The notes beneath the pieces were generated by a model, which ran no database searches, had not been told where the DNA came from, and saw only the letters and a program-made list of their open reading frames with translations. DNA of 64,000 bases, taken from positions 88,430 through 152,429 of the IMG/VR virus record IMGVR_UViG_3300001528_000360. One strand, 5' to 3'. The stretch's first letter is position 1, and each line of letters opens with the position of its first letter. Position numbers and translations under genes: made by a program. The DNA comes from a virus. Taxonomy: Duplodnaviria; Caudoviricetes. Shown one piece after another: positions 8,549 to 18,231 of this stretch.

Positions 8549-11378
8549 TTAAAGTTTCTCTTTATAAAATGGATCTAAGAAGGATTTACCACTCTTCTTA
8601 AATGTTAACGGTGAAGTTAACTGTCTTCCTAAGAATTGAGAGGACAAACCAATCAAAACAGATTCATGTTTTTCTAATGCAGAACTAATTGTTAACATTT
8701 GTGTGTCAGCAATTGCATCATAACGCTTAAAATCGGGTCTCTCCAAAACATCATCAATAGAACGAATCAGAGGAGCAAGCATTACTTCAGCATGAACACT
8801 CTGTACATTAATTTTAGATTCAATTAACAAATCAAGAAATACTTGTGCAAGTTCATGAATATTAGTAATTCCGAGTTCTGCGCGTTTTTCTTTGGTATCG
8901 AGTAAACCCATTATCTGATACAGGGGTCTTGTTAATTCTGCATTTTCAATTTGTAATAAGAATAATTTTCCATCATCAGGAATATCATTAAATTTAATTT
9001 CTGTAAAATTCTCTTTCTGTTTCTTATTCTTTTTAATTAATTCTTTCAATTCAGGACTGATATACATTTCTTTTCCAGTTTTCTCAGTAATTTCGAAAAT
9101 TTCACCAGTCTTATTATTCTTAACACTAAAGAGAGTTAAGAATTCATTTAAATCACCTTCGTCAAGAGCACTAAGTGTAACAATATTATCGTTGATAATT
9201 AGCAATGAGTAATCTTCAATATCATAGTCTCCTTCAATGTTAATACTAATCTCATTAGCATTAAGATTAAAGAACTTATAGAAATTTTCATCAAATTCAA
9301 TAGTTTCTGAATTTGTTGTTAGCAAATGTTTAGAAGATAGAACTGACTGTGATAAAGGATTTGTTATTACCGCACCAGCGTATGAACCAATCCCAACGCC
9401 ACCACAATTAGTATGAAATAGTATTGGACCATAGCAATCTTTACAAATACCTTTATGAGATGCACATGTTATTGGAGATTTAACAAGAATCTTTTTACCA
9501 ATAACGAATCTATCATTTTCTGTTAAAACACTATAATTTCTCTGATTAGGAAGACGATACATTCTTCCAATTAATCTCTTGAAGTGTTCTTCAGTTTTAA
9601 TCTCAAATTCAATAGGATGTACTGATCTGCAACTTTTTTCATCATCTCTTAACTTCATATTGGATACGAGCAACATACACTTACGCGCGAAGTAGCCCGA
9701 TTTCTGAAAATGTTAACATAAGAACGCTACTTCCTATGCAAACTACTATTGTAGTTTCTTTATGTTTCCATAAAGCACAGACTATATCTTCAACCTATAT
9801 TAAGGTTGCCTCTCATTTCCATTGTCAATCACTTACAATGTACGGTTTGTCACCTAGTCGTTGAACCTTACTTATTATAAATAAGTCTTGGCTGCTGATT
9901 GTCTACAGCATTACTTGTTTAGAGTTTCCAGCAATTAAAGAGGTTATTTTTCGAACACATTGCTGTGAACGTGAGCTTTACCAAACCCATTACGTTTTTA
10001 TTAAAGATAAGAGATTTTCTTCCCGTTTATGTTCATATAGAGTCGTTACTTCTATACCGTCATATTTAATGACTGCTCTAATTTACATTAGAGACCAGAC
10101 TATATCTTCATCTTAATATAAAGATGTCTTCCATTTCCATCCACTTGGATGTACGTGCTAAGCACTAGTCGTTGAACCTTACTCTATATATAAGAGTCTT
10201 GGCTGCTGATTATCTTAATAAAGATTTTCCAGCATTTAAAAAGAATTCACTATAATATCACTATTATAGTGGGCTTAAAGTTAACCAATGGCGTCAATAT
10301 AATATCCAGTTACAGTTGACAATCCACCAACTACAAGATTTGAATTAATAGGAATAGGAATAGTTGCACCTTCAAGAGAAGGTTTCATTCCCATATTAAT
10401 ACTGAACTCCGAAAGCTGTTTCGTTACTACTTTATATTTCTATAAAGACTAGACTATATCATCACCCTTATATTCTGTTACCAAATATAAGGAGCCTACC
10501 ATTTCCACATTTAAGTGTACTCTACTTGGTTATTCCTATAAGTATTTCTCTTATAGTATCCTTTCGATAGTCGTTGAACCTTACTTATTATAAATAAGTC
10601 TTGGCTGCTGATTGTCTTTGGCTTTACCCATTAAGAGTTCCCAGCAATTAAGTAGGTTTTTCCAATGTATTACTACATCTCGGGACAAAATTTTTATTCT
10701 ATCCTTAATTCCAGTTCCGGATCTCAGCATAGGCTGAAGAACGTTTTCTTCTTGAGATAAGATTTGAATTTCTTCTCTCATTAATTTATGAAGTTGATCT
10801 TCAATTTCACTAGGTTGCATAGCAGGATCAAAATGAGTTCTAATGATTTCATTAAATCTTGGATTCTTATTAGCAACATCCATAAAGGATTCAATTGACA
10901 TAGAATTACCAAGAATAATATTAAACTCAGTAGAGATCTTACTAAGATTGAAAATCAAATCATGAATGATCTTATTTAATTTCTTATTAGAAATTTTATT
11001 TCTATAAGGAATAATAATTTTATTATCAATATAATTCTTAATATACTTAGATGAAATAGTATAGCAATCTACAAGGAATGTTTTATCAAGATGATCTACA
11101 GAGTCAAGAACGATAAGAGGTTCCCAGAAAATTAAGTTCGTTAAGAAATGTCTTAATTGTAATGAAAGAATCTCTGTATCAGATTCATGGAATTTGAAAT
11201 GAACCATACATTCACGAAGTTCTTTATGCTCAAATCCTGCTCTGAGATAATCAAAAATTGATTCAATAAAAATTTTGTATTCCTTTGGATCTTCCATCTT
11301 TTTCTCAATAATGTACATATTATCGTACAAGAAACTTATAATGTCTTGTACTTCCTTAGGGAGTTGCTCATTTGGCAT
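8549..11378 (-). CDS. rpoC: Phage multisubunit RNA polymerase, beta' C-terminal-half subunit (4 exons, ~669 aa)
   Basis: Exons 11378-10701, 10421-10284, 10023-9985, 9703-8549 join in frame; they restore YIDAIG|GRKSL..MG|KSGYFARK (bridge helix) plus SPITC..GICKDCYG (Zn) and SQSVLSSKH (trigger loop). Confidence 0.85.
9704..9984 (-). mobile_element. Group I intron, ORF-less (beta' gene, intron 3)
   Basis: P AATTGCTGGAAA, Q AATCAGCAG, R GTTCAACGACTA, S AAGATATAGTC; 5' exon ends U, intron ends G. Confidence 0.9.
10024..10283 (-). mobile_element. Group I intron, ORF-less (beta' gene, intron 2)
   Basis: P/Q/R/S core present; GGT|GGA junction restores the frame. Confidence 0.9.
10422..10700 (-). 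mobile_element. Group I intron, ORF-less (beta' gene, intron 1)
   Basis: P/Q/R/S core; P1 GGAU/GUCC; junction IKD|KQL. Confidence 0.88.
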
Positions 11379-11485
11379 GTTTACATCCTCCTTTAATTAT
11401 TTCTATATCTATAATATATATCTAAAAACATTTTTGAATAAAATATAAGATAGATAATGATATTACTCATTATCTATCTTATATA

Positions 11486-11576
11486 TGGCGGACGCTCAGG
11501 GATTCAAACCCTGGATACCTTATCAGGGTATTACAGTTTTCAAGACTGTCGCCTTCGATCACTCGGCCAAACGTCC
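11486..11576 (-). tRNA. tRNA-Ser(UGA) with encoded CCA
   Basis: Acceptor stem GGACGTT/AGCGTCC, anticodon arm ACAGT-CTTGAAA-ACTGT, long variable arm, 3' GCCA. Confidence 0.92.
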
Positions 11577-11673
11577 ATTATTTATATGTATACAGCTTAA
11601 TAAAAAGTTATTTTTATCTATTATTATCAAATTAACATTTAAGTAATAATATTGATATAAGGAGGAGATTTCT

Positions 11674-12810
11674 ATGAATAATGATGATGTCTATACAATT
11701 GAAATCTATACGGATGATAATCCTAGACCTTCTTTATTAGATGAAATGCGAGCATTGGGCAGTGCTCCTAAGAAATCTAAGAAAAAAGAAGATGATTATG
11801 ATCCTGTAGTATTATCTGATGTTATTTCTAAAGAAAAAAAAGAAAAGAAGAAGAAAAAGAAATCTAAGTTGTTATTTAGTGACTTAGACTTTGAAACTTC
11901 TGAAGATGAAGATGATCCTTCTGGTAAATCTAAGCAAGAAATTGATGAAGATACCTTATTAGATATTGAATCAATTATGAATGAGCGTGATGATGAGGAT
12001 ATTGAAGATGAACTTACTGGAAAAGGTAAGAAAGGATATAAAGATTTAAAGAAGAATAAGAATAATTATAAAAAGGAATTTGCTGAAGAATTAACTCTTC
12101 TTTACTCATTACTTGATGAAACTACGAAATTTGGAAGAACTATGGAAAAAGATTTAAATGCTTTGAAAGGTTCTAAAGTTCGTGGTGTTTCTAAATACAC
12201 AAATGATTTAGCTCAGTTAGTATTAACAGCTAAACAGAATAAATTAAATATTCTTAAAGAAATCAATGCTACTAAGAAGACCATCGCTGATTTGACAATG
12301 AAGGCTGATGCTAAGAGTAAGGAAACTGAAGGAAAGAATAATCCTGAGTATCTTGCTTCTGCATACTTTAAGAATGTCTTGACTCATGGTCGTGGTAATT
12401 TCATTGATAATATGACGAATAATAATGATGTTTCTAATTATCAAGATGATGATTATGATTCTATGATTGATAGATTAGAAAAAGATAATAAGCCTGATAG
12501 TGATGAAGATGTCTATAATAGAATTCTTATGGATAGATTAGAGCATTCAGGAAATCCATATAGAAGTGATGCTGGAACTAAGTACATAGAGTATGAAAAC
12601 CGTGGTGTTAAACTCTATGTTAAGAAATGTATTGATACAGGTGATTGGGAATTTGTTGCTATTGATAAAAACAAACAACAGATTGATGATTATCCTGTCC
12701 CTACTAAGAGAGAAGCAGGTCGTATGAGATTTAGTGATGATGGTGAATACGCTACTGATAGTAAGGGGCGTATTTATAATGTGATTGAATATTTCTTGCC
12801 TGAAAATTAA
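11674..12810 (+). CDS. Hypothetical protein (acidic/basic low-complexity N-terminus, coiled coil)
   Basis: 378-aa ORF, AAGGAGG RBS, AACA-N6-TA at 11634-11645. Confidence 0.75.
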   Translation: MNNDDVYTIEIYTDDNPRPSLLDEMRALGSAPKKSKKKEDDYDPVVLSDVISKEKKEKKKKKKSKLLFSDLDFETSEDEDDPSGKSKQEIDEDTLLDIESIMNERDDEDIEDELTGKGKKGYKDLKKNKNNYKKEFAEELTLLYSLLDETTKFGRTMEKDLNALKGSKVRGVSKYTNDLAQLVLTAKQNKLNILKEINATKKTIADLTMKADAKSKETEGKNNPEYLASAYFKNVLTHGRGNFIDNMTNNNDVSNYQDDDYDSMIDRLEKDNKPDSDEDVYNRILMDRLEHSGNPYRSDAGTKYIEYENRGVKLYVKKCIDTGDWEFVAIDKNKQQIDDYPVPTKREAGRMRFSDDGEYATDSKGRIYNVIEYFLPEN

Positions 12811-12822
12811 AAAAAAATAGTT

Positions 12823-12859
12823 AATGAGAGCAGAGGTTATTCCTCTGCTCTCATTTTTT
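12823..12859. terminator. Bidirectional intrinsic terminator
   Basis: AATGAGAGCAGAGG...CCTCTGCTCTCATT between convergent genes. Confidence 0.75.
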
Positions 12860-13248
12860 TAAATGATTTGAAAACATTCATAAAGAAATCCTTCTTTATC
12901 AAATCCAAGTCGTTTATATGGACGTTTGACAATAATTCTATTGCCAATAAATGCAATTTCATAACCTACTTCAAGAAGAAATCCTTCATAATTGAAACTA
13001 TCGTCTCTTAAATCAATCCTGATAAATTTTTTATTATCTGCTGTATGTACAGGTTTAACCTGTACGTTATCATAAAATCTCATGGTATCAAATTTACCAA
13101 ATCGACTATCGCGGATCATACTATGAATTCTCTTTTTCATACCACCACGAAACTGATGCCAGCAGGCGATGTTTTCATGTTCAAAGAACTTTGTTAGCTT
13201 TGCTACGATATGGTTAAAATTCTTCTCGGTAATAACAACAGATTTCAT
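12859..13248 (-). CDS. Hypothetical protein
   Basis: 129-aa ORF with AAGGAG RBS. Confidence 0.7.
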   Translation of the reverse strand: MKSVVITEKNFNHIVAKLTKFFEHENIACWHQFRGGMKKRIHSMIRDSRFGKFDTMRFYDNVQVKPVHTADNKKFIRIDLRDDSFNYEGFLLEVGYEIAFIGNRIIVKRPYKRLGFDKEGFLYECFQII

Positions 13249-13266
13249 TTTTTTTATAAATCTCCT

Positions 13267-13605
13267 TTACATAAGTTCAATGATATTCATTGTATGAGGA
13301 ATAAGTTCCATTTTCATTCCATTGTCATCAGGAATTCTAATGAATTTACCATAACAATCAGAATTAAATGGATCTCGTCCTCTATACCAAAGTCCGAAAT
13401 GGAGTCCATAACATTCATTATATGGACTCCAAAGAACAATTCCAACATAAGAAGAATTTTTCAACTTGATACAATCACCAGTTTTAATTTCTTCTCCATT
13501 ACAATTGAGTAATTTTGTTGGAACTCCGATTCGCTCTCTTTTATCATGCTTCATTCTAGAAGCATGATAATACCTGTTTTCTTTATGACAATTATTTCGA
13601 ATCAT
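13267..13605 (-). CDS. Hypothetical protein (weak YopX-like GEEIKTGD motif)
   Basis: NCNGEEIKTGDCI motif; co-oriented in the operon. Confidence 0.55.
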   Translation of the reverse strand: MIRNNCHKENRYYHASRMKHDKRERIGVPTKLLNCNGEEIKTGDCIKLKNSSYVGIVLWSPYNECYGLHFGLWYRGRDPFNSDCYGKFIRIPDDNGMKMELIPHTMNIIELM

Positions 13606-13623
13606 TATGAAAACTCCTTTACA

Positions 13624-13971
13624 TTACTTAATCTCAATATCGAAGTAATTCTGAAAATTGTCATAGCCAGAATTAATGAAATCATTATAGACTTCATCAA
13701 AATTGAGATTATACTTTTCAGCACAAAGTTCAATAGTCAGAGGACCATTGAACAGGTATTTATCATTTTCAATATATACGGATTTATAACGCTCAATGGC
13801 ATCTGCATTACCTTCATTAAGTTCCATGCGAAGACTATTCATTGCAATGGTGCTGTACTGTTCAGGATACTTGCTGATAGATCTAACCATGAAAATAGTC
13901 ATAACGATAATTGTGAGGAGCATGATAATAGAAGTAACGTTATTTCTTCTCTTAGTGATAGTACGTTTCAT
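13624..13971 (-). CDS. Membrane-anchored hypothetical protein
   Basis: N-terminal hydrophobic helix; early promoter motif at 14040-14049. Confidence 0.65.
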   Translation of the reverse strand: MKRTITKRRNNVTSIIMLLTIIVMTIFMVRSISKYPEQYSTIAMNSLRMELNEGNADAIERYKSVYIENDKYLFNGPLTIELCAEKYNLNFDEVYNDFINSGYDNFQNYFDIEIK

Positions 13972-14135
13972 TGTTGTATTCCTTTCTGGTTTAGCAAGTT
14001 TTCCTTCTTGATAACATTATTTTTATATTTATTACATTAATAATATATATTTATATTATTCAAAAATACGATTTTTATAAAAAAAATAATATATTAGAAA
14101 ATGGAGTACAGAAATTATCTGTACTCCATTTATTA

Positions 14136-14726
14136 TTAACCAATTTCTAAACCGTGAAGATAATCATCATCAATATTTAAATCATTCAATAAATCATCAG
14201 TATTATCATCATTAATATCATGTAAAGTTAAAGAAGCAATTCTTTCAATAGCTTGTTCAGAATTATGACCATCCCATTTAGGAGCTCTAGGAAGTTCTTT
14301 TACTTTAAACATATTCCAAAAAGGATCAATATCATAATGATAAGTTGCTTGTCCCATAGGAGTTTCAATTCCACAAATAAACATCCCTGTATACATCGGT
14401 TGATAAGGATCATCATGGAATAAACTCTTCCAAGCGAGTTCAGGATGTTCATTACAAATAGTCATAAAGAGAATTGCTCTATGATAATATAATTCACTGA
14501 ATGAGTGATATCCATCAGAAATTTCACCAGTTCTAGTATTAATAGTATCCCGATAATATTTTAACTTACTAATTACTCTATCAATATCTCCGATTGCTGT
14601 ATTTTTAGAACGTTTAAAGAATATAGTTTTAATATTTTCAATATTCTTTATAATACCCTCTAATCTAATAATTTCAGACCCAAGATCGAATTTTATCACA
14701 TTCATGTTATTTTTTATCCTCCTCAT
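14136..14726 (-). CDS. WDGH-motif phage protein
   Basis: SDGYHSFSELYYHR..WKS..H..GQATYH..APKWDGH. Confidence 0.7.
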   Translation of the reverse strand: MRRIKNNMNVIKFDLGSEIIRLEGIIKNIENIKTIFFKRSKNTAIGDIDRVISKLKYYRDTINTRTGEISDGYHSFSELYYHRAILFMTICNEHPELAWKSLFHDDPYQPMYTGMFICGIETPMGQATYHYDIDPFWNMFKVKELPRAPKWDGHNSEQAIERIASLTLHDINDDNTDDLLNDLNIDDDYLHGLEIG

Positions 14727-15060
14727 CTAAAACTTTTACAATATAAATATCTCCATCCATACGAAGTAATTCATAATGTTTATTAAATTCTGTCATTGAT
14801 ACAGATTCATCAATTAATAGTTTTTGTTCTGTATAATAACTATTTTTATATTCGTTATACATCAAAAATGTACATATTGAAAACACTATCAATCCTGCTA
14901 AGAAACCAACTGATGTATCTGAAAAACATCTATTAAATAATAATTCTAATATCACTATAATTAAACATATTATACTAGTGACCACCATGAATATTATTCC
15001 AATTATTAATCCACTATCATATGCTAAAGATGTGCTTAATACTTTAATACCTTCCATCAT
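14707..15060 (-). CDS. Two-TM membrane protein, paralog 3
   Basis: MEGIKVLS..., two hydrophobic helices, C-terminal DESVSMTEFNKHYELL. Confidence 0.7.
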   Translation of the reverse strand: MMEGIKVLSTSLAYDSGLIIGIIFMVVTSIICLIIVILELLFNRCFSDTSVGFLAGLIVFSICTFLMYNEYKNSYYTEQKLLIDESVSMTEFNKHYELLRMDGDIYIVKVLDEEDKK

Positions 15061-15067
15061 AATTCTC

Positions 15068-15406
15068 CTAATCTAAAACTTTTACAGTATAAATAGATCC
15101 TTCAATATTAAGTACTTCATAATGCTTATTAAAATCATTTATAGATACAGGATCAGCAATAATCACTTTCTGTTCTATATACTCAGAATTAACATAAGTT
15201 TTCCAACCAAAAATTTCAATTAATATACAAATAATAAGGAGTAATGATAATGTTATATAATCACTTAAAGATAATGGTTCTTTTTTAATTAAACACCAAA
15301 TGAGGCATATGATCAAAAATGCACCACATAATCCTATAATTACCATTACACATAATAATTTATCATCATTTGATATAGTTTCACTTAATACAGTAATTCC
15401 TTCCAT
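15068..15406 (-). CDS. Two-TM membrane protein, paralog 2
   Basis: MEGITVLSET..., DPVSINDFNKHYEVL. Confidence 0.7.
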   Translation of the reverse strand: MEGITVLSETISNDDKLLCVMVIIGLCGAFLIICLIWCLIKKEPLSLSDYITLSLLLIICILIEIFGWKTYVNSEYIEQKVIIADPVSINDFNKHYEVLNIEGSIYTVKVLD

Positions 15407-15411
15407 TTATA

Positions 15412-15762
15412 TTAATCCCCCATGTCTAAAACTTCTACAAAATAGATTTTATCATTTTTTCTAAGAAGTTTATAGTGATCCATAAATTCATTTATAGATA
15501 CAGAATCATCAACTAATAACTGTTGATTTATATGTTTACTTCCAATATATTTTTTATATATAAGAGCTTCACAACCAATAAAAATACCGATAAGTAATAT
15601 AAGAATTATAGAATGTAATAGTCTTTTAATTCCAATATTAATATTTATAACGTATATAAGATCAATTGCAAGACCAAGTATAATCATTCCACATATTATT
15701 GATAATAAAATATAATTTGTATCATATAATATAGTTTCACTTAATACAGTAATACCTTCCAT
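15412..15762 (-). CDS. Two-TM membrane protein, paralog 1
   Basis: MEGITVLSET..., DSVSINEFMDHYKLL. Confidence 0.7.
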   Translation of the reverse strand: MEGITVLSETILYDTNYILLSIICGMIILGLAIDLIYVININIGIKRLLHSIILILLIGIFIGCEALIYKKYIGSKHINQQLLVDDSVSINEFMDHYKLLRKNDKIYFVEVLDMGD

Positions 15763-15801
15763 TTCAATATCCTTTCTTAATAAAAATATAAGTTGGCTAC
15801 A

Positions 15802-16323
15802 TTAAGTAGCCAACTTATTTAATTCAATGATTTTATCTAAACTTACTGGTTTATAGTCCCATCTTTCTACACTTACACAAGCAGTTTGTTTCGTAATTGT
15901 ACGATACATTTCACTACTGTGTACATGTCCGTATAGATAAAAATATGGGGTTGCTTCATTAAAATATGCCGGTGGTTTATGAGATAATACAAAGAAGTCA
16001 TTAAAGATAATAGGATATTTATATACTTCAGCAAATCCTACGTCATACCACCATTTAAGACTTCTTGCAGTATCATGATTACCTTCAATTAAAATTTTTC
16101 TCCCTTTAAGCTTTGAGAGTATTTCCGCAGTCTGTTCTTTGTTACGAAATGTAACATCTCCTAAATGAAATACAGTATCACTAGAAGTTACCACAGAATT
16201 CCAATTTTTAATAAGTTCTTTATCCATGATATCCACATCTGCAAATGGTCTTTTCTCATAGTTGAGAATTTGTTCATGACCAAAATGTGTATCAGCAATT
16301 ACGAAAATTTTTCCACTAGCCAT
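15802..16323 (-). CDS. Calcineurin-like metallophosphoesterase
   Basis: DTH, GD, GNHD, SH, GHVH motifs. Confidence 0.9.
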   Translation of the reverse strand: MASGKIFVIADTHFGHEQILNYEKRPFADVDIMDKELIKNWNSVVTSSDTVFHLGDVTFRNKEQTAEILSKLKGRKILIEGNHDTARSLKWWYDVGFAEVYKYPIIFNDFFVLSHKPPAYFNEATPYFYLYGHVHSSEMYRTITKQTACVSVERWDYKPVSLDKIIELNKLAT

Positions 16324-16340
16324 TCATAATCATTCCTTCT

Positions 16341-17249
16341 TTACATATAGTTATAAGAAATTGTATCTGTTCCTAATTCACGTTTTACCATATTAAATAC
16401 AGTGTCTGCATATGAACCAGATTCCCCATTATAGGATAACAATGCTCGTCTAAGATCACCATTATTATAATCTCTCAGATATTTGATATAAGCAACAGTC
16501 ATCTCAATATTCAATTCAGGATTTCTCGCATCTACACTATGGTTATAGGTATCTGTATGTCCAAGTAATTTATTGTATACAAATTTTCCTGTACTTCCAA
16601 GAAACTGTCCTAAACCAGTTGCACTTGATCTTGAATTTTTTGCATTACTATTATATCGAGATTCATGATAAAATAATTTAGCAATAATATGTGGATTAAT
16701 ATTTGCTTCTTTAGCAAGTTCATCCATAGTCACTAAATTATCTAAGGTTAATTTACTTTCTTCTGGAGTAGCAGTAATGACATACATATACTTATTTGCA
16801 ATATTATATAATGTCTCTCCAGAGTAACCAATTAGTTCTTGATAATTAGTATACTCTTCATAAAGATCATTATACATAGTAGATGTTTCATTTACTGTAT
16901 TCTGTAAAGTAGTATTAAAATCATTTACCTCTTTAATACCAGATTCCAATTCTTCAATTCTATTCAAATGCTCAGTTTGAGTTGCTAAGAGTTCTTTATT
17001 CTCAGCTCTTAAATTACTAATAATACTACTAGTAATAATAGAGGTTAATACAATTCCAAGAACCATACTAACTGCACAACATGTGAGAAATAATTTGTGG
17101 GCTAATACAAATTCTTGTAATCGTGCTTTTAGAGTTTTCTTTTTACTAAGTCTCTTTCCTCTGTAACTAGCAATAGTAGCCCTTCTACGGATGCTATCAG
17201 TGATTACTCTGTCTGATGCTACATTAACAGATATAACCTTACTATACAT
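16341..17249 (-). CDS. Membrane-anchored lytic transglycosylase (SLT domain)
   Basis: TM helix, coiled coil, then HES..N..A....ATGLGQF and ALLSYNG. Confidence 0.85.
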   Translation of the reverse strand: MYSKVISVNVASDRVITDSIRRRATIASYRGKRLSKKKTLKARLQEFVLAHKLFLTCCAVSMVLGIVLTSIITSSIISNLRAENKELLATQTEHLNRIEELESGIKEVNDFNTTLQNTVNETSTMYNDLYEEYTNYQELIGYSGETLYNIANKYMYVITATPEESKLTLDNLVTMDELAKEANINPHIIAKLFYHESRYNSNAKNSRSSATGLGQFLGSTGKFVYNKLLGHTDTYNHSVDARNPELNIEMTVAYIKYLRDYNNGDLRRALLSYNGESGSYADTVFNMVKRELGTDTISYNYM

Positions 17250-17252
17250 TTG

Positions 17253-17444
17253 TCACATCACCTTTTCAATAATTTTTTCAAATAAGAATAATACTAGTAA
17301 TAATACACTAGCAATTCCTATAAACACTGCGATATAATGTTGATATGAAGTATTTATTTTTGGATACTTATATAAGATTTTTGAAAATATCAACAATGAT
17401 GCTAACAACCATAAACTAGTTAGTAGCAATCCATCAGATGTCAT
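17253..17444 (-). CDS. Small two-TM membrane protein
   Basis: 63 aa, hydrophobic, AAGGAGG RBS. Confidence 0.6.
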   Translation of the reverse strand: MTSDGLLLTSLWLLASLLIFSKILYKYPKINTSYQHYIAVFIGIASVLLLVLFLFEKIIEKVM

Positions 17445-17463
17445 AAAACATATCCTCCTTATG

Positions 17464-18132
17464 TTATTTCATAAATGTTGCTACAGGAATACAACTGAAA
17501 TCTTCATCATAAAACCAGTCTTCTAATTCTGTATCACGAACTTTTTCTTTATTTAAAATAGTTGAAAAATAACAACAACGTATATCATTGTTAAAATCAA
17601 TTATTTTATGAATATCATTTACACTTTCCTCATTATATACAGAAATATCTAAAATACCATATTGACCACTATTATTTTTTGTCAATTCTTTTTCAAGATA
17701 ATTTGTCTTAGTAGTCTCTCCTCTATGATAAAGTTTATAGTCTCCATAAAGAATACCATAATCATAGCAATTATAAAAACCTAATATACCTTCAAATTCT
17801 TTAATATCTTCCGGACACTTTAAGAAAAATACTTCAGAATAAATTTGATCTAATGATGGTGATAAAAAGATATATCTATGATAAGCATGTTTAGCTAATA
17901 TATCTTTTGAATCAATGATAGATGATCTACCGAGTATAGCTAATCCATCAGCTGACAAATTATAAATAGATAATTTTACAAAACTTTTATTTAATTTCAG
18001 ATATTTATTTCCTATTTTTGATAATGCTTCTTTAATATCAAAAGATATAATTTTATCTTCAGGGCGACCAAAATCTTCAATAACAACATAATTATTTGGT
18101 AGATACAATTTATCTAAATATTTAGTTTTCAT
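17464..18132 (-). CDS. Hypothetical protein
   Basis: 222-aa ORF. Confidence 0.65.
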   Translation of the reverse strand: MKTKYLDKLYLPNNYVVIEDFGRPEDKIISFDIKEALSKIGNKYLKLNKSFVKLSIYNLSADGLAILGRSSIIDSKDILAKHAYHRYIFLSPSLDQIYSEVFFLKCPEDIKEFEGILGFYNCYDYGILYGDYKLYHRGETTKTNYLEKELTKNNSGQYGILDISVYNEESVNDIHKIIDFNNDIRCCYFSTILNKEKVRDTELEDWFYDEDFSCIPVATFMK

Positions 18133-18231
18133 ATATCAAACATCCTTATTTTATTAATATTATAAGCATATGGATTTACTTCCATATGCTTATAATATAT
18201 ATTTAATTTTTAAGTTAAAACTATTTATTAT

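Noticed and set aside
11486-11576. tRNA as a suppressor or selenocysteine tRNA
   Set aside because: Anticodon UGA reads the Ser codon UCA, so it is an ordinary tRNA-Ser. The T-loop variant TTTGAAT alone is not remarkable.
17253-17444. Holin-endolysin lysis cassette with 16341..17249
   Set aside because: Only hydrophobicity and adjacency support it, and the unit lies behind an early-type promoter motif; insufficient evidence.
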